From an uncultured Oscillibacter sp. (GTDB lineage Bacteria > Bacillota > Clostridia > Oscillospirales > Oscillospiraceae): a stretch of 64,000 nucleotides of DNA. Where the stretch lies: NCBI RefSeq assembly GCF_900546705.1, contig NZ_URDP01000003.1:20871-84870 (forward strand), read 5' to 3'. Below, in pieces: positions 1-10,252 of the stretch (position 1 is its first letter; the number at the start of each line of letters is the position of its first letter). A program made the translations under genes and the position numbers. The notes beneath the pieces are model-generated. The model was given only the letters and a program-made list of their open reading frames with translations, made no database searches and was not told the origin of the DNA.

Positions 1-559
1 AGCGGTCCAGCTTGATGATGACCGAGTAGATGGGCAGGATCATAAAGGGCAGATAGTTGTATACCATGCCCAGCACCACCGCACCCTGGGTATTGAGCAT
101 CTGGAAGTGGGTGATGGGCTCATAGCTGGCCGGGTTTGCGGCAAAGTGCACGGCAATCTTGTTGTAAAGATCAATGAGGCCGATGTTTTGGAAGAACTGG
201 TTCAAAAGACCGTTGTTTTCCAGAATGGACATCCAGGAGTAGGTCCGCAGCAAAAAGTTCATCCACATAGGGAGCATGATGAGCACCATGCCCACCCGCT
301 GGAACTGCCGGCCCTCCTTGCTCATGATATAGGAGATGGGGTAGCCGATCAGCAGGCACACCAGCGTGGCGATAATGGCCAGCTTGAACGAACGGGTGAA
401 CACCACTGCGTACGTGCCCATCCGGGTGAAGTTTGCAAGCGTGAAGCTGCCGTCGGCGGTGGAGAAGGCGTAAATGACCACCATGATGATGGGCGCCACC
501 ACAAAAATCGCCATCCAGACCACGTAGGGGATCGCGAACCAGGTGTGCTTATTCTGCAT
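1..559 (-). CDS. potB: Spermidine/putrescine ABC transporter permease (3' end runs off the window)
   Basis: Translated by hand: [16 protein letters not shown]...[14 protein letters not shown]...[15 protein letters not shown]; overlaps the potA stop. Confidence 0.9.
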   Translation of the reverse strand, partial: MQNKHTWFAIPYVVWMAIFVVAPIIMVVIYAFSTADGSFTLANFTRMGTYAVVFTRSFKLAIIATLVCLLIGYPISYIMSKEGRQFQRVGMVLIMLPMWMNFLLRTYSWMSILENNGLLNQFFQNIGLIDLYNKIAVHFAANPASYEPITHFQMLNTQGAVVLGMVYNYLPFMILPIYSVIIKLDR

Positions 560-1736
560 CCTCGTTCTCCTCCTCGTCGTCCGGCTCCAAAGAGGCGTCA
601 TCCAGCTCGTCGTATTCCTCGGAGAAAGAGGAGTAGTCGCCGAACATGCCGGAGTACTGGCTCTTCTTCATAACGTGGATGCCGTCGGGATCGATCTTGA
701 TGCCGATCCGGGAGCCCTCGGGGCAGTGGTCCGTGGTCTGGATGAGCCACTTGAAGCCCCGGAAGTCCACGATGATGTCGTACTGCATGCCCTTGAAGGT
801 GACGGAGGTGACGGTGCCTACCAGCTGGCCTTGCTCCACGGGGACAATGTCGATGTCCTCAGGACGGATGACCACATCCACAGGCTCGTTTTCTGCGAAA
901 CCGCCGTCCAGGCAGGGAAATTCCCGGCCATACATCTTTACGCACTTGTCCCGCACCATAATGCCGTCGATGATGTTGGACTCGCCGATAAAGTCTGCCA
1001 CGAAGGCGTTTTTCGGCTCGTTGTAGATGTCCTCGGGGGTGCCGATCTGCTGGATGGAGCCCTTGTCCATGACTACAATGGTGTCGGACATGGTCAGGGC
1101 TTCCTCCTGGTCGTGAGTGACATAAATAAAGGTGATGCCCACCTGCTGCTGGATGCGCTTGAGCTCAATCTGCATGTCCTTGCGCAGCTTCAAGTCCAGG
1201 GCACCCAAGGGCTCGTCCAGCAGCAGCACCTTGGGGCGGTTGACCAGGGCGCGGGCAATGGCCACCCGCTGCTGCTGGCCGCCGGAGAGAGCGTCGGGCT
1301 TGCGGTTTTCAAAGCCCTTGAGGCTGATGATCTCCAGCATTTCCATGACCCGCTCCTGGATCTCCTTTTCCGGAATCTTCACTTTTTTCTTTCCGGAGGG
1401 ATCGGCGGGGTCAGGGCGGCGCTGCATGCGCAGGCCGAAGGCGATGTTTTCAAAGACGTTCAGATGGGGAAACAGGGCGTATTTCTGGAACACCGTGTTG
1501 ATCTGGCGCCGATAGGGCGGAACGTCATTAATCCTCACACCGTCGAACAGCACGTCTCCCGACGTAGGCGTCGCGAAACCGCCGATGATCCGCAGCGTAG
1601 TGGTCTTGCCGCATCCGCTGGGTCCGAGCAATGTGAGGAATTCTTTATCGTTGATATAAAGGTTGATGTTGTTGAGAACCGGCTCGTCGTCGTACGCCAT
1701 GGAGAGATCCCGCAGGCGAATCAACTCTTTGGACAT
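549..1736 (-). CDS. potA: Spermidine/putrescine ABC transporter ATP-binding protein
   Basis: Walker [29 protein letters not shown]; upstream of potB-like permease. Confidence 0.93.
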   Translation of the reverse strand: MSKELIRLRDLSMAYDDEPVLNNINLYINDKEFLTLLGPSGCGKTTTLRIIGGFATPTSGDVLFDGVRINDVPPYRRQINTVFQKYALFPHLNVFENIAFGLRMQRRPDPADPSGKKKVKIPEKEIQERVMEMLEIISLKGFENRKPDALSGGQQQRVAIARALVNRPKVLLLDEPLGALDLKLRKDMQIELKRIQQQVGITFIYVTHDQEEALTMSDTIVVMDKGSIQQIGTPEDIYNEPKNAFVADFIGESNIIDGIMVRDKCVKMYGREFPCLDGGFAENEPVDVVIRPEDIDIVPVEQGQLVGTVTSVTFKGMQYDIIVDFRGFKWLIQTTDHCPEGSRIGIKIDPDGIHVMKKSQYSGMFGDYSSFSEEYDELDDASLEPDDEEENEDAE

Positions 1737-1835
1737 ATATCCTCCCCCATTTCATCGTAAAAAATTGATTTAAAATGAAACGCCTCTTTTCTCTGTTGAG
1801 GGGGAACCTTTCTCGTCGAAATTCAGCAATTATGA

Positions 1836-1864
1836 ATGATATCGGAAGCGTCCGGAAATGTCAA
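1836..1864 (-). promoter_or_regulatory. Sigma-A-like promoter for potAB
   Basis: TTGACA-17-TATCAT on minus strand. Confidence 0.65.
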
Positions 1865-1886
1865 GAGATTGGGGGAAAATCCCCTG

Positions 1887-2849
1887 TTAAATGTGGGGAA
1901 AATATTTTTCCCGGAAGGGAATCTCCGCCACGGTGAACTCCCGGCCCCGCAGGTAGTTGAGGATGCCGGCGTCGGTGGGAAGAGGAAAGGAGAGCTTGTA
2001 GGAATAGAGGGCCTGGCGGGTCTCGTGGTACCGGCGGTTCACCTCGCCCCGGCCGTACTTGCCGTCTCCCAGCAGCGGACAGCCCAGGTGGGCCATGGAC
2101 ACGCGGATCTGGTGGGTGCGGCCGGTGAGCAGGCGGCACTCTACCAAAGAGAGCGGCCCCCGGGTCTCCAGAGTCTTGTAGAGGGTAACGGCGGTCTTGC
2201 CGCCGGGAACGGGACGGGTGTGGAAGTAGACCTGCTTTTTCACCTCATCTTTAAAAAGAAAGCCCTCCACCTTCCCGGCGGCGGGACTGGGACGGCCTAC
2301 CGTGATGCAAAGATAGGATTTTTCCAGTTCGTGGTCCCGGATCTTCTCATTGATGATCCGCAGCGTCTCGGCGTTTTTCGCAGCGATGACGATGCCGCCG
2401 GTGTTGCGGTCGATCCGGTTGCACAGAGCGGGGGCGAAAGCGTTTTCCCACTTGGGATTCCACTCCCGCTTTTGATAGAGGTAGGCCTGGATGTGGTTGA
2501 TGAGGGTGTTGACCTTCTCCGTCTCGTCGGCGTGGACCACCAGGCCGGGACGCTTGTTCACCAGCAGCAGGTTCTCATCCTCATAGACGATGTCCAGCTG
2601 GGGAGAGAAGAGCGTGAGGAACATGTTTTCCTCAGAGGGCTTGTCAAAAAACTCATCGTTGATATATAATTGAAGAATATCGCCGGTCGAGAGCCGCGTG
2701 TCCCGCTTGGAGCCCTTGCCGTTGACCTTGATCCGCTTGAGCCGGATGTACTTTTGCAGCAGGGCGGGCGGCAGCAACGGCAGGTTTTTGGCCACGAAGC
2801 GGTCAAGCCGCTGGCCGGCGTCGTTTTTCCCAATGGTGAATTCCCGCAT
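1887..2849 (-). CDS. RluA/RluC-family RNA pseudouridine synthase
   Basis: N-terminal S4-like GQRLDRF, NRIDRNTGG catalytic motif, TGRTHQIRV. Confidence 0.92.
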   Translation of the reverse strand: MREFTIGKNDAGQRLDRFVAKNLPLLPPALLQKYIRLKRIKVNGKGSKRDTRLSTGDILQLYINDEFFDKPSEENMFLTLFSPQLDIVYEDENLLLVNKRPGLVVHADETEKVNTLINHIQAYLYQKREWNPKWENAFAPALCNRIDRNTGGIVIAAKNAETLRIINEKIRDHELEKSYLCITVGRPSPAAGKVEGFLFKDEVKKQVYFHTRPVPGGKTAVTLYKTLETRGPLSLVECRLLTGRTHQIRVSMAHLGCPLLGDGKYGRGEVNRRYHETRQALYSYKLSFPLPTDAGILNYLRGREFTVAEIPFREKYFPHI

Positions 2850-2951
2850 GATGTCCTCCCGATGGAAAGTTTCACTTTATCATACCCGTTTGACGGCGGG
2901 TTGTAAAGCGATGGGAGCAAGAATTTTCCGGAAAGAAAGCGAGCGAGACCG

Positions 2952-3254
2952 ATGAACCAGAAAAAGCATGACAAAAAGCAGACCGGCCGGGTAAACTATA
3001 TCTGGGTGCTGGGCGGCGGATATCTCATCTATATCGCCATCAAGCTGTTTTCCAACCTGCCCCAGGCGCCCCAGCCGGCGGTGAATATGATTGGCGGCGC
3101 GGTGTTTACCGTGGCGGGGGCGTGGATGCTGTGGCGGGAGTGGAAGGCCTACCGCTACGGAGCTGAGCATATCGACGACCCGGACACTTGGTCGGATGAG
3201 CCCCTGGAGCAGGAGGAGCCTGCACAAAAGCCGGAAGAGGAGGATCGCCCGTGA
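2952..3254 (+). CDS. Hypothetical membrane protein (2 TM, acidic tail)
   Basis: Host-like codon usage, two hydrophobic segments, 4-nt overlap with next ORF. Confidence 0.75.
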   Translation: MNQKKHDKKQTGRVNYIWVLGGGYLIYIAIKLFSNLPQAPQPAVNMIGGAVFTVAGAWMLWREWKAYRYGAEHIDDPDTWSDEPLEQEEPAQKPEEEDRP

Positions 3255-3724
3255 ATGTGGAGGAACTGTGCCGGGCTGTGTGGGAGGCGGACAAGTGGAT
3301 GTCCCGTTTTACCCGTCGGGAATACCGGGATGCTTTCCTGGCTTACAAGGAGCAGTTTGGACCGTTGTACGCCCAGGCTGTCCGGGATGCCGACGGGGAG
3401 GAAGCGGCACTCCGCGCCCTGGCTGTCTCGCTGGTGGACGCTCTGGAAGCGGGATGGAAGCGGCAGCGTTTCTGGAACCGAAAAGCAGTGCGGGTCAGCG
3501 AAAAGCAGATCCTGGTGAATTATCTCTCGCCCATGCTGCTGGACCTGCCGGACCCCATGTGTGGACGCCTGGCCGGTATGATGCGTCAGGAGTGGGAGGA
3601 CCGCTGGCCAGAGGATGCCTACCATATCACCACGTTTGAGGTCATCCAGAGCGGATTCCGCTTTGCCATTATGGGCATCGACCTGGAGCGCAAGCACCTG
3701 GACCCCAAGAAGGACCGGCAGTAA
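3251..3724 (+). CDS. Hypothetical protein
   Basis: GTG start after GGAGGA, coupled to upstream ORF, host-like codon usage. Confidence 0.75.
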   Translation: MNVEELCRAVWEADKWMSRFTRREYRDAFLAYKEQFGPLYAQAVRDADGEEAALRALAVSLVDALEAGWKRQRFWNRKAVRVSEKQILVNYLSPMLLDLPDPMCGRLAGMMRQEWEDRWPEDAYHITTFEVIQSGFRFAIMGIDLERKHLDPKKDRQ

Positions 3725-3754
3725 AAGAAATCCGGAAGAAATTGAAAAAATTGT

Positions 3755-3783
3755 TTGACAACGAGTGGCCCATCTATTATAAT
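3755..3783 (+). promoter_or_regulatory. Sigma-A promoter for yceD-rpmF
   Basis: Perfect TTGACA-17-TATAAT. Confidence 0.8.
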
Positions 3784-3810
3784 ACTACTCGTGTCATTGC
3801 GAGGTAGCTT

Positions 3811-4308
3811 ATGCTTTTAGATGTAAAACCTGTTCTGCGCGATCCGGAAGTGCACCTGCCTTTCCGGTTTTCCATGGATCTGTCGGATCTGGAGTTCGGC
3901 GGCCGGTATCCGGTCAGCCGTCCGGTGACGGTGGAGGGAGAGGTGTACAGCACAGCGGATGTGCTGCAGCTGAACCTGGTGGCCCGCACCACACTGGATG
4001 CGGTGTGCGACCGTTGCGGAAAGGCGTTTTTGCAGGAAAAGGAAGTGCCGTACAGCTGCATGCTGGCCCAGGAGCTCCAGGACGAGGAGAACGATGAGAT
4101 CGTACTGCTGGAGCAGGACAGGGTGGATGTGGCGGAACTGGCGCGTACTGCGTTCATTCTCGGAATGGACACTAAGACTCTGTGTTCGGAAGATTGCAAA
4201 GGACTGTGCCCCAGATGCGGCGCCGACCTGAACCTCGGCCCGTGCTCCTGCAAAAAGGAGCAGGACCCGCGGCTGGCAGTCCTGGCCAAGCTTTTGGAGA
4301 ACAAATAA
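3811..4308 (+). CDS. yceD: DUF177/YceD family protein
   Basis: CDRC, LCSEDCKGLCPRCG, DPRLAVL motifs; upstream of rpmF. Confidence 0.9.
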   Translation: MLLDVKPVLRDPEVHLPFRFSMDLSDLEFGGRYPVSRPVTVEGEVYSTADVLQLNLVARTTLDAVCDRCGKAFLQEKEVPYSCMLAQELQDEENDEIVLLEQDRVDVAELARTAFILGMDTKTLCSEDCKGLCPRCGADLNLGPCSCKKEQDPRLAVLAKLLENK

Positions 4309-4368
4309 AGGATAAAATAAGGACGGGCTTGACCTCCCGCGCCTTTGAAAGATCAAGGAGGTGTCATA

Positions 4369-4563
4369 ATGGCAGTACCTAAGGGAAAAGTATCCAAAGC
4401 AAGACGCGACAAGCGGCGCAGCTCTCACTGGAAGCTGGATATGCCCGGTCTCGTTGCATGCCCCAAATGCGGTGCGCTGCACCTGCCTCACAGAATGTGC
4501 CAGGAGTGCGGTACTTACAATGGCCGTGAGGTCAAGGTTGTGAAGTCCGTCGTCGCGAAGTAA
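4369..4563 (+). CDS. rpmF: 50S ribosomal protein L32 (Zn-binding form)
   Basis: MAVPKGKVSKARRDKRR, CPKC/CQEC; SD AAGGAGGT. Confidence 0.97.
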   Translation: MAVPKGKVSKARRDKRRSSHWKLDMPGLVACPKCGALHLPHRMCQECGTYNGREVKVVKSVVAK

Positions 4564-4585
4564 GGCACTTACGCATGCTTGCTTT

Positions 4586-4621
4586 AGGAGGGAAGAGAGT
4601 GCTCTTCCCTCCTTACTTTTT
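4586..4621 (+). terminator. Intrinsic terminator after rpmF
   Basis: AGGAGGGAAGAG/CTCTTCCCTCCT stem plus T-tract. Confidence 0.75.
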
Positions 4622-4697
4622 GTCTTGCTATCCCGCCGCAAGGCGGATATAATAAACTTGGATTTTTATGAGAACAAAGGAAAGGAAGTGAGAGCCG

Positions 4698-6023
4698 ATG
4701 AAACCTGTGGTTGCCATTGTGGGACGGCCCAATGTGGGCAAGTCCATGCTGTTCAACAAGCTGATCGGCAAGCGGCTTTCCATCGTGGAGGACACCCCCG
4801 GCGTCACCCGGGACCGCATTTACGGAGAGACGGATTGGAACGGCCGGAAATTCACCTTGATCGACACCGGCGGCATCGAGCCCCGCACTGATAATATGAT
4901 TCTGGAGTTCATGCGCCAGCAGGCCCAGATCGCCATTGACAACGCCACGGTCATCGTGTTTTTGACGGATATCAGGACCGGCCTCACCGCCTCCGACCAG
5001 GAGGTGGCCGCCATGCTGCTGCGCAGCGGCAAGCCCATTGTGCTGGCAGTGAACAAGATGGACTCCACCGGCGTGCCCGACCCGGATTTTTACGAGTTCT
5101 ACAACCTGGGCCTGGGAGATCCCATTGCTGTTTCCGCTGTTCATGGCCACGGTACCGGCGACCTGCTGGACGCCTGCGTAAAATACTTCCCACCGGAGGA
5201 AGAAGAGGAGGAAGAGGACGACGCCATTAAGGTGGCCGTCATCGGCAAGCCCAACGCGGGCAAATCCTCTCTCATCAACAAGATCCTGGGGGAGGAGCGG
5301 GTCATCGTCTCCGATGTGGCCGGCACCACCCGGGACGCCATCGACTCCCGGTTTGAAAATGACAAGGGTTCCTTTGTGTTCATCGACACCGCCGGGATCC
5401 GCCGCAAGTCCAAGGTGGAGGAGGAGATCGAGAAGTACTCTGTCCTCCGGGCCACCATGGCCATTGAGCGCAGTGACGTGTGCCTGATTATGATCGATGC
5501 CACCGAGGGCGTCACGGAGCAGGACACCAAGGTGGCCGGGCTTGCCCACGAGGCGGGCAAGGCCAGCATCATCGTCATCAACAAGTGGGACCTGGTGGAA
5601 AAAGACGGCAAGACCATGGACAAGATGCGGGAAAAGGTGCGTCAGGACCTGGCGTTCATGACCTACGCCCCCATTTTGTTCATCTCCGCCAAGACCGGCC
5701 AGCGGGTGGACCGGCTGTTCGAGCTCATCGACTACGTGTCCAACCAGGCGTCCACCCGGATCACCACCGGTATGCTCAACAATGTGCTGGCGGACGCCCA
5801 GACTCGGGTGCAGCCGCCCTCTGACAAGGGCCGCCGCCTGAAGATCTACTATATGACCCAGGTGGGCATCCGGCCGCCCCACTTTGTCATTTTCTGCAAC
5901 GACGCCCGCCTGTTCCACTTCTCCTACCAGCGGTATATTGAAAACTGCATCCGCAATACCTTCGGCCTGGAGGGCACGCCCATCATTCTGTCCATTCGTC
6001 AGAAGAGCGACAAGGAGGAGTGA
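4698..6023 (+). CDS. der: Ribosome biogenesis GTPase Der/EngA
   Basis: Two tandem GTPase domains (GRPNVGKS, GKPNAGKS). Confidence 0.97.
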   Translation: MKPVVAIVGRPNVGKSMLFNKLIGKRLSIVEDTPGVTRDRIYGETDWNGRKFTLIDTGGIEPRTDNMILEFMRQQAQIAIDNATVIVFLTDIRTGLTASDQEVAAMLLRSGKPIVLAVNKMDSTGVPDPDFYEFYNLGLGDPIAVSAVHGHGTGDLLDACVKYFPPEEEEEEEDDAIKVAVIGKPNAGKSSLINKILGEERVIVSDVAGTTRDAIDSRFENDKGSFVFIDTAGIRRKSKVEEEIEKYSVLRATMAIERSDVCLIMIDATEGVTEQDTKVAGLAHEAGKASIIVINKWDLVEKDGKTMDKMREKVRQDLAFMTYAPILFISAKTGQRVDRLFELIDYVSNQASTRITTGMLNNVLADAQTRVQPPSDKGRRLKIYYMTQVGIRPPHFVIFCNDARLFHFSYQRYIENCIRNTFGLEGTPIILSIRQKSDKEE

Positions 6024-6027
6024 GATC

Positions 6028-6741
6028 ATGCTGGATTCCTTCTACCTGGATCCCAACGCGGTCACAGGACCTGAGCCCCTGGGCATTCTCCTGGTGGCGG
6101 TGGTGGCCTACTTCTGCGGCTGCTTCAACGGGGCGGTCATCGTTTCCAAGTATATCCTGCGGGATGACGTCCGCAAGCACGGCAGCGGCAACGCAGGGCT
6201 CACCAACTTCTACCGCACCTTTGGCGGCCCCTTGACCATTGTGGTGATCCTGACGGATGTCCTCAAGGCGGTGGTGGCCATTTTGTTCGGCAGTTGGTTT
6301 TTGGGTTACTTTGCCGGGGCTAACGGCTATGCGGCCAGCGTCGGGATCAGCACTATGTGGGCCCTGTTCGGGAAGTATTGGGCGGCTCTTTGGTGCCTGC
6401 TGGGCCACATGTTCCCCTGCATGTTCCACTTCAAGGGTGGCAAGGGCATCCTCTCCGGCGGCACCATCGCCATCATGCTGGACTGGCGGATCGCGCTGGT
6501 GGTGTGGGGCGGCTTTTTGATCCTGGCCATCGTGACGAAGTATGTCTCCCTGGGGTCCGTGTGGGCCGGGGCCAGCTTTCCCTTTATCTCCTGGTACTGC
6601 TACCCTGATCCGGTGATTGTGGTGCTGGCCTTTATCATTGGGGGACTGGTGGTCTGGCAGCACCGGGGCAATATCGGCAGACTGATTCACGGCAATGAGA
6701 ACAAGTTCAGCTTTCACCATAAGAAGGAGGGGTCCCAATGA
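6028..6741 (+). CDS. plsY: Glycerol-3-phosphate acyltransferase
   Basis: GSGNAGLTN, GHMFP, FKGGKG, HRGNI; der-plsY-gpsA order. Confidence 0.95.
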   Translation: MLDSFYLDPNAVTGPEPLGILLVAVVAYFCGCFNGAVIVSKYILRDDVRKHGSGNAGLTNFYRTFGGPLTIVVILTDVLKAVVAILFGSWFLGYFAGANGYAASVGISTMWALFGKYWAALWCLLGHMFPCMFHFKGGKGILSGGTIAIMLDWRIALVVWGGFLILAIVTKYVSLGSVWAGASFPFISWYCYPDPVIVVLAFIIGGLVVWQHRGNIGRLIHGNENKFSFHHKKEGSQ

Positions 6742-7742
6742 AAGCGGTAGTCGTCGGCAGCGGCGGCTGGGGCACGGCGCTGAGCCAGGTGCTGTGTGAC
6801 AATGGCCATGATACCTGGCTCTGGTCCCACAATCCCGCCAAGGCGGCGGAGATGGAAAAGACCCGGGAGAACCCTCTGCTCAAAGGGGTGAGGCTGCCGG
6901 ATGCCCTGCATATCACCGGGGATCTGGAGTGCCTGACCGGTGCAGATATCGTGGTCTGCGCTGCGCCGTCCTTCGCTGTGCGGGAGACGGCTCGGAAGAT
7001 CGCACCATACCTGACGGAAAAGACGGTGCTGGTGAGCGTCTCCAAGGGCATTGAGCGGGACACGAACCTGCGTATGAGCCAGATTCTCCAGGATGAGACG
7101 AAAAATATCTGTAAAGTGGTTGCACTTTCCGGCCCCTCTCATGCGGAAGAGGTGGGCATCCGCATGCCTACCGGCTGCGTGTCCGCCAGCCCGGACCGGG
7201 CGGCTGCCCGATTCGTGCAGGACGTGTTCATGAATGATTACTTCCGCATCTATACCAGCTATGATATCGTGGGCGTGGAGCTTTCCGGCGCCATGAAAAA
7301 TGTGGTTGCCCTCAGCTGTGGCATCTGCGCGGGACTTGGGTTCCAGGACAATACCAAGGCACTGCTGATGACCCGGGCCATGGCGGAGCTGACCCGCCTG
7401 GGCGAGCAGTTGGGCGGTACCCGCCGCACCTTCGGAGGTCTTGCGGGCATGGGCGACCTGATTGTCACCTGTACCTCCATGCACTCCCGGAATAACCGGG
7501 CGGGCATCCTCATTGGCCAGGGAAAGACGGTGGAGGAGGCCATGAAGGAGGTGGGCGCTGTGGTGGAGGGCTACTATGCCGCCGAAAGCATTCGTCAGCT
7601 GGCTCAGCGGGAACAGGTGGAAATGCCGATCTGCGCCTGTGCATACGAGGTGCTCTATCACGGTAAGGACGCCCGCACGGTGGTCAGCGAACTGATGCGG
7701 CGCGCCAAGAAGGACGAGCTGCTGGAACGCACGTGGCTGTAA
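6738..7742 (+). CDS. gpsA: NAD(P)H-dependent glycerol-3-phosphate dehydrogenase
   Basis: GSGGWGTAL, GAMKNV, GDLIVTC.S.HSRN. Confidence 0.96.
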   Translation: MKAVVVGSGGWGTALSQVLCDNGHDTWLWSHNPAKAAEMEKTRENPLLKGVRLPDALHITGDLECLTGADIVVCAAPSFAVRETARKIAPYLTEKTVLVSVSKGIERDTNLRMSQILQDETKNICKVVALSGPSHAEEVGIRMPTGCVSASPDRAAARFVQDVFMNDYFRIYTSYDIVGVELSGAMKNVVALSCGICAGLGFQDNTKALLMTRAMAELTRLGEQLGGTRRTFGGLAGMGDLIVTCTSMHSRNNRAGILIGQGKTVEEAMKEVGAVVEGYYAAESIRQLAQREQVEMPICACAYEVLYHGKDARTVVSELMRRAKKDELLERTWL

Positions 7743-7748
7743 AAATGA

Positions 7749-7786
7749 AAAGGTCGGAGTCCATGAACGGACTCCGGCCTTTTTTG
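7749..7786 (+). terminator. Intrinsic terminator after gpsA
   Basis: AAAGGTCGGAGTCC/GGACTCCGGCCTTT stem plus T-tract. Confidence 0.75.
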
Positions 7787-7868
7787 CTCCGGGTTGTGGG
7801 AGCGGGGACTGGGACGGCGGGGAAAAAAGAAAATCCCGGACTTTTGTCCGGGATTTTGTTTGTCCAAG

Positions 7869-8057
7869 TTAGACCGCTCTGGTGACCTTACCGGAACGCA
7901 TACACCGGGTACAAACATACACATGGCGGGGGGAACCGTTGACAATCGCCTTCACACGCTTCACATTGGGCTTCCAGGGACGATTGGAACGCCGGTGAGA
8001 GTGAGAGACCTGAATGCCGAAGCTCACGCCCTTATCGCAGAACTCGCACTTAGCCAT
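7869..8057 (-). CDS. rpmB: 50S ribosomal protein L28 (Zn-binding form)
   Basis: MAKCEFCDKG...VSHSHRRSNRPWKPNV...CTRC; SD AAGGAGGT. Confidence 0.97.
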   Translation of the reverse strand: MAKCEFCDKGVSFGIQVSHSHRRSNRPWKPNVKRVKAIVNGSPRHVYVCTRCMRSGKVTRAV

Positions 8058-8115
8058 CCGTTGCACCTCCTTGCTGTTGCGTACTTCCGTGCCGCTTTTC
8101 ACAAGCACAGCTGAT

Positions 8116-8144
8116 ATCATATCAGAAAGAAGAGAAAAATGCAA
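8116..8144 (-). promoter_or_regulatory. Sigma-A-like promoter for rpmB
   Basis: TTGCAT-17-TATGAT on minus strand. Confidence 0.65.
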
Positions 8145-8212
8145 GAAGAATTTTCAAAAAAATATAAGGAATTTTCCAGCGGCCTTCAGACAGGGGGATG
8201 GGGGTGAAGGTA

Positions 8213-8241
8213 TTGCGAAAACAGGGAAATTCATATATAAT
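8213..8241 (+). promoter_or_regulatory. Sigma-A-like promoter for hprK operon
   Basis: TTGCGA-17-TATAAT. Confidence 0.65.
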
Positions 8242-8347
8242 AAAAAGCAGTTTTCACTTGAATATTTTTTAACCTCCCAGCCGGGCGTTCGCATGTGCCG
8301 GAGGGAGGATCGGGGCGCTTTTGCGCCGGAAAGGTGAAGGATGCGCG

Positions 8348-9292
8348 ATGTATGAAAAAGGCCTGAAGGTAACGGATTTTGTCTCTTTTTTCGGGCTTGA
8401 GGTGCTCAATCGCGGCAGCGATTATGAGACGGCCCTGCTGACCATCACGGATGTGAACCGTCCGGGGCTTCAGTTCCACGATTTTTACGATTATTTCGAT
8501 CCCCGCCGCCTGCAGGTAATCGGAAAGGCGGAAGTGACATATCTTAAGAGCCTGACGGAGGAGCAGCGCCGCAAGTGCTTCGACGATCTGTTCCTCTATG
8601 ATATCCCTGCGCTGGTGATCTCCCGGGGCCTGGATTGCTTCCCGGAGTGTCTGGAGAGCGCCGTGGAGCATGAGAAGACGATTTTGCGCACGGAAGAGAC
8701 CACCGTGGACTTCACCAGCCATGCCATTGAGTATCTCAACCGGGCGCTGGCCCCCTGTGTCACCCGCCACGGCGTGCTGCTGGACATCTACGGCGAGGGT
8801 GTCATGATTACCGGCGACTCCGGCGTGGGCAAGAGCGAGACGGCCATTGAGCTCATCATGCGCGGCCACCGGCTGGTGGCGGACGACGCCGTGGAGCTGC
8901 GGCGAATTTCCAACCAGCTGATCGGCACAGCGCCGGAGGTAATCCGCCACTATATCGAGCTGCGGGGCATCGGTGTCATCGACGTGCGGCAGCTGTTCGG
9001 CATGCGGACGGTCAAGACTGAGTCCCAGTTGGATCTGATTGTGCATCTGGAACCCTGGGACCAGACCAAGTTCTATGACCGGCTGGGGATTGAGGACCAC
9101 TTTACGGAGATCATGGATGTGAAGGTACCCATTGTTACCATCCCGGTCCGGCCCGGACGGAACCTGGCCAGTATTGTGGAGGTGGCGGCGTTGAACAATC
9201 GCCACCGGCGCTATGGCTACAATGCGGCCCAGGAGCTTGCCCGCCGGGTGGACCAGCGGGCCGACGCCGGCAGCCGCCGGCAGGACGACTGA
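8348..9292 (+). CDS. hprK: HPr(Ser) kinase/phosphorylase
   Basis: NRPGLQ, GDSGVGKSE, HRLVADD, ELRGIGVI, PGRNLA. Confidence 0.97.
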   Translation: MYEKGLKVTDFVSFFGLEVLNRGSDYETALLTITDVNRPGLQFHDFYDYFDPRRLQVIGKAEVTYLKSLTEEQRRKCFDDLFLYDIPALVISRGLDCFPECLESAVEHEKTILRTEETTVDFTSHAIEYLNRALAPCVTRHGVLLDIYGEGVMITGDSGVGKSETAIELIMRGHRLVADDAVELRRISNQLIGTAPEVIRHYIELRGIGVIDVRQLFGMRTVKTESQLDLIVHLEPWDQTKFYDRLGIEDHFTEIMDVKVPIVTIPVRPGRNLASIVEVAALNNRHRRYGYNAAQELARRVDQRADAGSRRQDD

Positions 9293-9308
9293 GAGGAGGA
9301 GACGGCGC

Positions 9309-10232
9309 ATGGCATACATTGGAATTGATGTGGGCGGCACCAACCTCAAGGCCGGACTGGTGGACGAGAGCGGGAAAATCCTGGCGGTGGAGCGCACGCC
9401 GCTGGACTTTCACGGTGCGGAGGACTTTGCCGCCACCCTTGCATCTCTTGCACGGAAGGTAGCCGGGGATGCCCGCGCGGACTACGTGGGCGTGGGTCTG
9501 CCCGGTGCGGTGGACGGCGGGACCGTCCGTTTTACCACCAATATCCCGATGGAGAACGTGCCCCTGGAGACATTGTTCCGCAGACATCTGGACCTACCGC
9601 TGCTGCTGGGCAACGACGCCGACTGCGCGGCGGTTGGAGAGTACTTCGGCGGTGCCGGGCGCGGAACCCGGGACTTTGCAGTGGTCACGCTGGGGACCGG
9701 CATCGGCGTGGGACTGATTTTGAATGAGAAGCTGCGCTGCGGGGATGCTTCCAGCGAGGGCGGGCACCTGAGCGTGGTACACGGGGGAGCGCTTTGCAAT
9801 TGCGGCCGCCGGGGTTGCTGGGAGCGCTATGCTTCCGCCACGGCCCTGATTGAGCAGACGAAGGCGGCCATGGCCGCCCATCCCGAGAGCATGCTGCACG
9901 CGCTGGCTGAGAAAAACGGCGGCGTGGAGGGCCGAACGGCCTTTGAGGCGGCCCTGGCCGGGGACGAGACGGCACTGGCAGTGTGCCGGACGTATGTGGA
10001 GTACCTGGCAGACGGCGTGGTGAGTCTGGTGAATATCCTGCGGCCGGAGGCAGTGGCCATCGGCGGCGGTGTGGCGGCGGCCCCGGAGGCGCTGCTGCTG
10101 GAGCCTCTGCGGCGGATTGTGGAGACGGAGAGCTTTGCCCGCCACGGCGGCCGGAGCACACGGATTGTGCGGGCGGAACTGGGCAACGACGCAGGGATCA
10201 TCGGCGCCGCGTTCCTGGGCCGCGTACTTTAA
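9309..10232 (+). CDS. ROK family sugar kinase (glucokinase-like)
   Basis: GIDVGGT, NDADCAA, CNCGRRGCWE, LGNDAGIIGAA. Confidence 0.92.
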   Translation: MAYIGIDVGGTNLKAGLVDESGKILAVERTPLDFHGAEDFAATLASLARKVAGDARADYVGVGLPGAVDGGTVRFTTNIPMENVPLETLFRRHLDLPLLLGNDADCAAVGEYFGGAGRGTRDFAVVTLGTGIGVGLILNEKLRCGDASSEGGHLSVVHGGALCNCGRRGCWERYASATALIEQTKAAMAAHPESMLHALAEKNGGVEGRTAFEAALAGDETALAVCRTYVEYLADGVVSLVNILRPEAVAIGGGVAAAPEALLLEPLRRIVETESFARHGGRSTRIVRAELGNDAGIIGAAFLGRVL

Positions 10233-10252
10233 GGAGAATACAGGAGACCAGT

